24,000 nucleotides of DNA from an uncultured Rikenellaceae bacterium. Lineage in GTDB: Bacteria; Bacteroidota; Bacteroidia; Bacteroidales; Tenuifilaceae. The stretch covers positions 2,953 through 26,952 of the forward strand of contig CAZDXY010000015.1 in NCBI GenBank assembly GCA_964509385.1. The letters run 5' to 3'. Shown one piece after another: positions 15,033-21,866 of the stretch. The stretch's first letter is position 1, and each line of letters opens with the position of its first letter. A model generated the notes under the pieces. It worked only from the letters and a program-made list of their open reading frames with translations, had not been told where the DNA came from and made no database searches. The translations under genes and the position numbers were made by a program.

Positions 15033-15776
15033 TTAGTGCTTGGTTAAAACAGTATGAGGAACAGGTCCATGTGCTATGATTTGTATTGGGCAATCATAGG
15101 CAGCCAATTGTTCAGTGGTTATTAAATTTGATGGATGATAATGCAGGTGCCTGTTAACACAGGCAATAGTCTTAACATGAGAAGTTATGGTTCCCAAATC
15201 GTGTGATACCATTATTATGGCCATCTCCTTATTTAATTCCTTTAGCAATTCATAGAGTTCCTTTTCAAACTTATTGTCAACAAAAGTATTGGGTTCATCA
15301 AGTATTAATAGTCGAGGGTGTGAAACTAGTGCTCTGCTTAAAAAAACACGTTGCATTTGTCCTCCTGAAAGTTCACCGATTACTTTGTCCTTTAGGCTTT
15401 GGATTCCCAAACGGTTAAGAAGATCCAATGCCATTCGTTTATCCTGTGCGGTATACCTTCCACCAATTCCCTTTCTCCCCAATAAACCCGAAAGTACAAC
15501 TTCCATAACCGAGATGGGAAATTTCTTATCTATTCCAACCACCTGAGGAAGATAGCCAAAAATAGTATCATTTGGATTAAGCTTAAAAAATTCAACTGAA
15601 CCTTTTTTTGGTTTTAGCTCTCCTAATATCAACTTCAAAAGGGTGGTTTTTCCTCCGCCATTTGGACCAATAACACCAACAAAATCGAAATCGGAGATTA
15701 CTAAATTAACATCTCTAAGAATCAATTCATCGTCGTAGCCAACCGATGCTGAAGTAATTTCTAGTATTTTACCCAT
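15033..15776 (-). CDS. znuC: Metal ABC transporter ATP-binding protein
   Basis: 247 aa with Walker A GPNGGGKTT, signature LSGGQMQRV and Walker B LLILDEP. Flanked by cognate binding-protein and permease genes. Confidence 0.88.
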   Translation of the reverse strand: MGKILEITSASVGYDDELILRDVNLVISDFDFVGVIGPNGGGKTTLLKLILGELKPKKGSVEFFKLNPNDTIFGYLPQVVGIDKKFPISVMEVVLSGLLGRKGIGGRYTAQDKRMALDLLNRLGIQSLKDKVIGELSGGQMQRVFLSRALVSHPRLLILDEPNTFVDNKFEKELYELLKELNKEMAIIMVSHDLGTITSHVKTIACVNRHLHYHPSNLITTEQLAAYDCPIQIIAHGPVPHTVLTKH

Positions 15777-15782
15777 TATAAA

Positions 15783-16661
15783 TTAGTTTCCGTTTAAAGC
15801 ATCCTTAAAAAGATCAGCTGTAAGAAACATGTTGCTTAGCCAATTATAATCTAGCGGATCAATCACAACTACTTTACTCCCAATGTCATCTGCAATTGTT
15901 TTCGCCATACTCGCATCAAACTCTTTCTGAATAAAAATGGTTTTTACACCTTCGTTTTTTGCATCTTTCAAAACCGATTTCATATGCTTCATGGATGGAG
16001 ATTTACCATCTTCTTCCAATGAAACCTGCACCAAACCATAATCCCTTGCAAAATAGGTGAATGCAGGGTGAAAAATGAAAAACTTATTTGTAGAAACATC
16101 CTGAAAAGAACTTTTCAAATATGAGTCTAAACTATCAATTTCAGCAATAAATAATTGGGTATTTGCTCTAAAAACTGAATCATTCTTAGGAAAAAGCTCG
16201 GAAAGGGTAATGTATATGGAATTCACCATTTTTTTTACCTCAACTGGCGATAGCCAAACATGCGGATCAAAACCGTGGCTGTGTGAATGGTCATGATGAA
16301 TACATTGTCCCTCGATCAGATTAAACTCGTTGGAGTGATTGATAAAAAGAGTATAAATGTTATTCCCTTGTATTTTTTTTAGTGTAGTTTTCTCAAAATC
16401 TAATAGTCCAAGCGAAAAATAGGCTAAAGAATTACTTAAGGTTTTAATTTGAAATGGTGTGGGCTCATAAGTTTCGGGGCTAGAACCTGAAGGTACCATT
16501 ACACTAACATTTAACAATGTATCGGCTATACGTTCAACAAAATACTTCTGGGGTAAAATGCTTACCATTACATTGGGCTTATCAAAACCAGATGGTTGAT
16601 AAGTACAACCAGAACTTAGCAATACTATTATAAAAGCAATAAGGGTCAAACTTCTTAACAT
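15783..16661 (-). CDS. znuA: Metal ABC transporter substrate-binding lipoprotein (ZnuA/TroA cluster-9 family), probably zinc
   Basis: 292 aa with lipobox LLSSGC. The His-rich segment CIHHDHSHSHGFDPHVWLSP includes the conserved DPHxW motif. Confidence 0.82.
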   Translation of the reverse strand: MLRSLTLIAFIIVLLSSGCTYQPSGFDKPNVMVSILPQKYFVERIADTLLNVSVMVPSGSSPETYEPTPFQIKTLSNSLAYFSLGLLDFEKTTLKKIQGNNIYTLFINHSNEFNLIEGQCIHHDHSHSHGFDPHVWLSPVEVKKMVNSIYITLSELFPKNDSVFRANTQLFIAEIDSLDSYLKSSFQDVSTNKFFIFHPAFTYFARDYGLVQVSLEEDGKSPSMKHMKSVLKDAKNEGVKTIFIQKEFDASMAKTIADDIGSKVVVIDPLDYNWLSNMFLTADLFKDALNGN

Positions 16662-16689
16662 TTCGTTTAATTATATTGAAAAATTTAAT

Positions 16690-16720
16690 CAAAACTACCT
16701 ACTATTCCTCAAAACACAAA
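16690..16720 (-). promoter_or_regulatory. Consensus Bacteroidota promoter for the znuA-like operon
   Basis: The minus strand reads TTTG (16720..16717) - N19 - TAGTTTTG (16697..16690). Both elements are exact matches to the -33 TTTG / -7 TAnnTTTG consensus. The -7 box ends 28 nt before ATG 16661. Confidence 0.55.
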
Positions 16721-16867
16721 AAGAATCAAAAAGTTTTACAGTACAATAACTTATTCAAGATTAAAGCCGATAAATTGAAGTATACTCACTAAAAATCAAA
16801 TTTTTCGAAAATAAGTCTACAACAATCGTTTTTTTTTTATTTCTTTGATTAAAGAAAAAGCAATAAA

Positions 16868-19414
16868 ATGTTTCGAAAAATTTCATTCATTCTCTTACTA
16901 TTTGTCAATCAGCTATCATTTAGCCAATCCACTGACAGTAAAATAGATAGCCTTAATAATTTATTACAAACTGCAAATGATGTTGATAAGATCGCAATTT
17001 ACATTGAACTAAGCGATATTAAAATTTATGAAGAAGATGGACTTTCATATGCAAAGCAGGCATATGAACTTGCTAAGAAAATAAAGGATTCCAACGCTCA
17101 AGCCGACGCTTTAAACGCAATGGGCAAAGTATACTACGCCCAATATCAGGAAGACAAAGCTCTTGATTGTTTTATACAATCTTTGAGTCTATCAGAAAAG
17201 GTAAACGATTTAAACTTAATGGGTAAGAACCTCCGTAGCATTGGACAAGCCTACTATGCCATTGATTCCATAGACAAATTCAAATTATATACTAATAAAG
17301 CATTAGAACTATCGAGAAGAATTAATGATAGACTACTTGAAGCTGACGCTTTAATCGACATGGGGACGTTGAAAACCCTAGAAGGCAAACCTGACTCAGC
17401 ACTAATCTTGCTTAAGCAAGCATTAAATATTCGGCTTGAAGAGAATGCCATGCTTGACGTAGCCCATGCATATAACAGGCTTGGTAGATTATACGATGAT
17501 ATTGGAGAGACAAAAAATGCCATTGAAAGCTATCAAAAAGAAATTGAAATAAAAGAATCGCAGGGAGATTTTGCTGGGCTATATTTAGCATACTATAACT
17601 TAGGTAGAGTTCACTATAGGCCTGGAAACTACCAACTTGCACTTGAGCAATTTCAGAACAGCCTTATTATTGCTGAACGCATAAGGCATCAGTATTATAT
17701 TGCCATTGCCTGCAACGAGATTGGTATTATATATGAAAACCTATCGCAAAGTGCCCTTTCTGTTGATGACAATGAAATTCATTTTAAAAAAGCACTTGAA
17801 TTTCATGAAAGAGCATTAAGCTTATTTAAGTCGGATGATAATCTTACGATGGTTGCCCGCTCGTTGAATAACATTGCCAACACAAATTCACGTCTTGCCA
17901 TTAACACTTTTGTTGCCAAGTATGGAGAAGCTTGGGAAGACTCACTTTATAAAATACCTTCCAATGATATACTATTATCCTTCTCAAAAACCATTGATTA
18001 CTACAATCAAGCACTTGAAATTTTTGAGGAAATTGAAGATGCTATTGAAATCGCTAAAGTGTATATCAACTTGGGAAGCCACTACAATTGGGTTCGTAAC
18101 TGGACTCAAGCACAAGATTTTATAAACAAAGGATTAGGTCTTGCAAAGAAACTCAATAGTCGTCAAGAAATATCAAATGCACTTTTTGCATTGGGTGAAA
18201 CAAATTTTAGAAAAGGTAATCTTAATCTTGCCGAACGCTACTTTTTTGAAAGTGCAAGCATTGCTGAGGATCTTGGGCTAATAGATGATCTAAGGCACAG
18301 CTATAATAAGCTGTCAAAGATATACGAGCAACAGGGAGAAATGGCGAATGCTCTGATCTACTACAAAAAATCTACACAAATAAAAGATCAAATATTCTCG
18401 GAAAAAAGCCAAAAGGCCATAACCGAGATGCAAACAAAGTATGAAACTGAGAAGAAAGAGCAGGAGATCAAACTCCTTAGCAATGAGAAAGCCCTACTTC
18501 ACTCTGAGAATCAAAGGCAAAGATTGGTGATCTTCATAACAATCGGAGGATTACTTGTAATACTAGCTTTCGCCGGTTTGTTGATAAATATGATTCGCCA
18601 AAAGCAGCGAGCCAATAAGATACTTGAAGAGAAAAACGAGCTCATATCTCATCAAAAGCAAGAGATAACCGATAGTATCCGCTACGCTAGTCGGATTCAA
18701 AACGCCATTCTACCATCGGAAAATTTGTTAAACACTGCTCTTAAAGAGCACTTCGTACTATTCCTTCCCCGCGATATTGTGAGCGGAGACTTCTACTGGT
18801 TCACCAAGAAAGATAACAAAATGGTTCTGGTTGCTGCCGATTGTACCGGACATGGTGTTCCTGGTGCCTTCATGAGCATGCTAGGGGTTTCATTCCTATA
18901 CGAAATAGTGAATAAAGAAGGGATTATGCAGCCTGCACAAATCCTGAATATGCTTCGGGAGTTGGTTAAGGTTACCCTTTCACAAACAGGAAAACAGAAT
19001 GAGCAAAAGGATGGGATGGACATATCTCTCAGCCTTCTAGACCTAAAAAAAATGCGTCTTGAATGGGCAGGAGCATATAACCCATTATACCTTATCAGAA
19101 AGGGCGAGCTCATTGAGTATAAAGCTGACAAAATGCCTGTGGCAATTCACATAAATGACGACAAGACCTTTACCAATAACGAAATAGAACTTCAGGCTGG
19201 GGACACCTTCTACATGTTCTCAGATGGATTTCCCGACCAGTTTGGGGGGCAGGATGGAAGAAAATTCATGTCGAAACGCTTTAAAGAACTACTTGTTGAA
19301 ATCAACCATTTGTCCATGGAGGAGCAAAAAAACACACTTCATCAAGCCCATCTAAAATGGCGAGAGGGTTATGAACAGATTGACGATGTGGTTATTTTTG
19401 GTGTTAGGGTTTGA
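16868..19414 (+). CDS. TPR-repeat sensor protein with a single TM helix and C-terminal PP2C/SpoIIE serine phosphatase domain
   Basis: 848 aa with a signal peptide. About 500 aa of TPR-like repeats (recurrent A..Y..LG..Y....y.kAle) are followed by a coiled-coil KKEQEIKLLSNEKALL. The TM helix LVIFITIGGLLVILAFAGLLINMI lies at about nt 18523..18595. The PP2C motifs are ASRIQNAILP, SGDFYWF, VAADCTGHGVPGAFMS, MFSDGF and DDVVIFGVRV. Confidence 0.88.
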   Translation: MFRKISFILLLFVNQLSFSQSTDSKIDSLNNLLQTANDVDKIAIYIELSDIKIYEEDGLSYAKQAYELAKKIKDSNAQADALNAMGKVYYAQYQEDKALDCFIQSLSLSEKVNDLNLMGKNLRSIGQAYYAIDSIDKFKLYTNKALELSRRINDRLLEADALIDMGTLKTLEGKPDSALILLKQALNIRLEENAMLDVAHAYNRLGRLYDDIGETKNAIESYQKEIEIKESQGDFAGLYLAYYNLGRVHYRPGNYQLALEQFQNSLIIAERIRHQYYIAIACNEIGIIYENLSQSALSVDDNEIHFKKALEFHERALSLFKSDDNLTMVARSLNNIANTNSRLAINTFVAKYGEAWEDSLYKIPSNDILLSFSKTIDYYNQALEIFEEIEDAIEIAKVYINLGSHYNWVRNWTQAQDFINKGLGLAKKLNSRQEISNALFALGETNFRKGNLNLAERYFFESASIAEDLGLIDDLRHSYNKLSKIYEQQGEMANALIYYKKSTQIKDQIFSEKSQKAITEMQTKYETEKKEQEIKLLSNEKALLHSENQRQRLVIFITIGGLLVILAFAGLLINMIRQKQRANKILEEKNELISHQKQEITDSIRYASRIQNAILPSENLLNTALKEHFVLFLPRDIVSGDFYWFTKKDNKMVLVAADCTGHGVPGAFMSMLGVSFLYEIVNKEGIMQPAQILNMLRELVKVTLSQTGKQNEQKDGMDISLSLLDLKKMRLEWAGAYNPLYLIRKGELIEYKADKMPVAIHINDDKTFTNNEIELQAGDTFYMFSDGFPDQFGGQDGRKFMSKRFKELLVEINHLSMEEQKNTLHQAHLKWREGYEQIDDVVIFGVRV

Positions 19415-19511
19415 TGAAGTGTAACAAATATATCCTAAAAATCCTATCGCAAACTAATATTTACTCCTTGATAGTTCCCTTCGAATAAAGTAGATTCAAA
19501 TCAAAAAAGTT

Positions 19512-19519
19512 TACCTTTG
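19512..19519 (+). promoter_or_regulatory. Candidate -7 box TACCTTTG upstream of meaB
   Basis: Exact TAnnTTTG match ending 20 nt before ATG 19540. No clear -33 TTTG. Confidence 0.4.
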
Positions 19520-19539
19520 CCCTGAATTTTATTATTCTT

Positions 19540-20628
19540 ATGGTTGGTAAGAAAGAGTTTAAGTCTGCACTTATTGTTAATCCTGGAGTTGATCAACCCT
19601 CGTCCATTAATATGGATGCGTTGCAAAAAATGAAAAGGCATAGAAAAAGGTTGCTAAGCGCTGATCATTATTTCGAGGGCATACTAAAACGGAATATCAC
19701 CATCCTCAGCCAGGCCATTACTCTTGTTGAAAGCTCATTGCCCGAACATCATGAAATTGGACAGCAGGTTATTGAAAAGTGTTTGCCATATACTGGGAAT
19801 TCACTTAGAATAGGAATTACAGGGGTTCCTGGTGTAGGTAAAAGCTCATTTATTGAAGCACTGGGGGGCACAATTACTTCTCTTGGGGGTAAGTTAGCGG
19901 TTCTTGCGATAGATCCTAGCAGTGAAAGGAGTAAGGGTAGCATATTGGGTGACAAAACCCGAATGGAAACCCTGTGTTCTGATCCAAATGCATTTATCAG
20001 ACCTTCACCCTCGGCAGGTTCACTGGGGGGAGTGGCTAGAAAAACCCGGGAAACCATTTTTCTTTGCGAAGCAGCGGGATTCAATACTATTTTTATTGAA
20101 ACAGTTGGCGTTGGCCAAAGTGAAACCGCTGTCCATTCGATGGTGGATTTCTTCTTACTACTTATGCTAGCCGGTGCAGGTGACGAGTTACAAGGGATAA
20201 AACGTGGAATAATGGAAATGGCCGATCTGATAGCAATCACAAAAGCCGATGGTGATAATATTCAGAAAGCCGATCTAGCAAAAGCACAATATGAAAATGC
20301 CCTGCATCTTTTCCCCCCTGTTGATTCTGGCTGGGCTCCACTTGTCAGGACATGTTCATCTGTTACAAAAATGGGATTACAAGAGATATGGGAAGATATG
20401 CTAGACTATATGCAATTTGCAAAGAAGAATAATTATTTTTTTAACCGTAGACTAAAGCAATCAACTTTTTGGATGCATCAAACCATATTAGACTCACTCA
20501 AGGATGACTTTTACAATAATCCTTTGGTTAAGGATACTCTGAAATCAGCTGAAATGGATTTGATTGATGGCAAGATCAGCTCATTTTCCGCAGCCAAAAA
20601 TGTCCTCGATTTTTACCGAAAACTTTAA
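19540..20628 (+). CDS. meaB: Methylmalonyl-CoA mutase-associated G3E GTPase (MeaB/ArgK)
   Basis: 362 aa. P-loop GITGVPGVGKSSFIEALG, then LAIDPSS, GSILGDKTRM, IFIETVGVGQSE and ITKADGD are the ordered MeaB/ArgK motifs. Confidence 0.9.
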   Translation: MVGKKEFKSALIVNPGVDQPSSINMDALQKMKRHRKRLLSADHYFEGILKRNITILSQAITLVESSLPEHHEIGQQVIEKCLPYTGNSLRIGITGVPGVGKSSFIEALGGTITSLGGKLAVLAIDPSSERSKGSILGDKTRMETLCSDPNAFIRPSPSAGSLGGVARKTRETIFLCEAAGFNTIFIETVGVGQSETAVHSMVDFFLLLMLAGAGDELQGIKRGIMEMADLIAITKADGDNIQKADLAKAQYENALHLFPPVDSGWAPLVRTCSSVTKMGLQEIWEDMLDYMQFAKKNNYFFNRRLKQSTFWMHQTILDSLKDDFYNNPLVKDTLKSAEMDLIDGKISSFSAAKNVLDFYRKL

Positions 20629-20678
20629 ACAAAGATTGAATATCAATTGTTAATCATAAAATTTAAAAATCGAAAAAA

Positions 20679-21782
20679 ATGAAAAAAATTCTGGTTCTAC
20701 CCCTAGTGATCTTTGTAATGCTTTCTTGCTCAAGCAATAAGTATAAGATTAATGGCGATATTGAAAGGGCACCTGAGCAAACTGTTTACCTAATGCAGAT
20801 CATGGAGAACGACTATATTACAGTAGATTCCACTTTAATTAAGGATGGCAAGTTTACTTTTAAAGGATCTGTTCCATATCCTGACATTTATGCCATACAT
20901 TTCGATCAAACTCAGGAACGCATTGTCCTTTTTCTTGAAAATTCTGACATTACCATTATTGGAAGTATGAATGATTTTCAAGCGATTGAAATCGTGGGAT
21001 CTGAGTCGCACAATATACTGTTAGATTTCAATAAACTTGCTGAAGAAAAAAGCCAAACCTTGATGGATATTAGTTTTCAGTATCAGTCTGCTGCCATGGA
21101 TGGAATACTAACATCCACCCTTGAGGAAGAATTGACCAACGAGTATATGGCAGAGATAGAGATATTTATGGGTCATATCAAACAATTCGTTAAGGACAAC
21201 AACCATTCGGTTGTTTCGGCATACATTACTCTAATCCATTTGATTGATCAACTAGAGTTGACTGAACTACAAGAAATTGCTGGAGCCTTCCCCTCAAATA
21301 TTCAAGAATCTCAATTTGTTGCAGCATTGAATGATCATTTAGCCGTTGAGATGCGAACATCCATTGGTCAACCCTATACTGATTTTATCCTATCCGATCC
21401 TCTGGGACAGGAAATAGCGTTATCCACATTCGTTGGAGAAAATTATGTTTTACTTGATTTTTGGGCAGGTTGGTGTGCTCCATGTCGTCAGGAAAATCCA
21501 CATCTAGTAAAACTGTACAATACTTATAAATCAAAAGGTTTTGATATTTACGGAGTTTCTTTTGATCGTAGCCGAGACCAATGGCTTGAGGCTATCAAAC
21601 AGGATGGTCTGCTTTGGACCCAAGTTTCTGATCTGACAGGTTGGGAAAGCCCCATAGCAAAGCTTTACGGCATCATGTCGATACCAGCAAATCTACTGAT
21701 ATCTCCCACTGGGCAGATTATCGCAAAAAATCTTAGGGGTAGCGATTTAGAAGATAAGCTTAAAGAGATTTTTGGAGAATAA
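20679..21782 (+). CDS. TlpA-family thiol:disulfide oxidoreductase lipoprotein with N-terminal DUF4369-like domain
   Basis: 367 aa with lipobox MLSC. The DUF4369-like N-terminus is YKINGDIE...VYLMQ...DSTLIKDGKFTFKGSVPYPDIYAI. The C-terminal thioredoxin fold has LLDFWAGWCAPCRQENPHL. Confidence 0.88.
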   Translation: MKKILVLPLVIFVMLSCSSNKYKINGDIERAPEQTVYLMQIMENDYITVDSTLIKDGKFTFKGSVPYPDIYAIHFDQTQERIVLFLENSDITIIGSMNDFQAIEIVGSESHNILLDFNKLAEEKSQTLMDISFQYQSAAMDGILTSTLEEELTNEYMAEIEIFMGHIKQFVKDNNHSVVSAYITLIHLIDQLELTELQEIAGAFPSNIQESQFVAALNDHLAVEMRTSIGQPYTDFILSDPLGQEIALSTFVGENYVLLDFWAGWCAPCRQENPHLVKLYNTYKSKGFDIYGVSFDRSRDQWLEAIKQDGLLWTQVSDLTGWESPIAKLYGIMSIPANLLISPTGQIIAKNLRGSDLEDKLKEIFGE

Positions 21783-21800
21783 TTCCCCTTATCAAACAGT

Positions 21801-21835
21801 GAGGTTGTATCATAATAAAGATTTGATACAAACTC
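21801..21835. terminator. Bidirectional terminator hairpin between the tlpA-like gene (+) and the BamA-family gene (-)
   Basis: gaggttgtatca (21801..21812) pairs with tgatacaaactc (21824..21835). That is an 8-bp perfect core plus 3 bp beyond one mismatch, with an 11-nt loop, followed by attgttatttt on the plus strand. Confidence 0.55.
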
Positions 21836-21866
21836 ATTGTTATTTTAAAAATAGTTCAGCCTTTTT

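Noticed and set aside
15019-15093. 25-codon N-terminal extension of the permease ORF (MPNTNHSTWTCSSYCFNQALIYLDN)
   Set aside because: It would overlap the ATPase gene by 61 nt and is not part of the ABC-3 permease fold. The internal ATG at 15018 leaves a 14-nt gap and starts directly before TM1.
16802-16811. 10-bp palindrome TTTTCGAAAA in the znuA / TPR-phosphatase divergent spacer as a Zur-type or other operator
   Set aside because: It is short, AT-rich and does not extend. It lies about 85 nt upstream of the znuA-like -33 element and resembles no metalloregulator box I know. It is likely chance.
19749-20240. 163-aa minus-strand ORF (the longest unexplained ORF), plus the 82-aa plus-strand ORF at 19922..20170
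   Set aside because: Both overlap the conserved GTPase core of meaB. The 163-aa translation is Ser/Pro/Ile-rich with no motif, no plausible promoter and no start context. I treat it as a shadow ORF, though only ribosome profiling could fully exclude expression.
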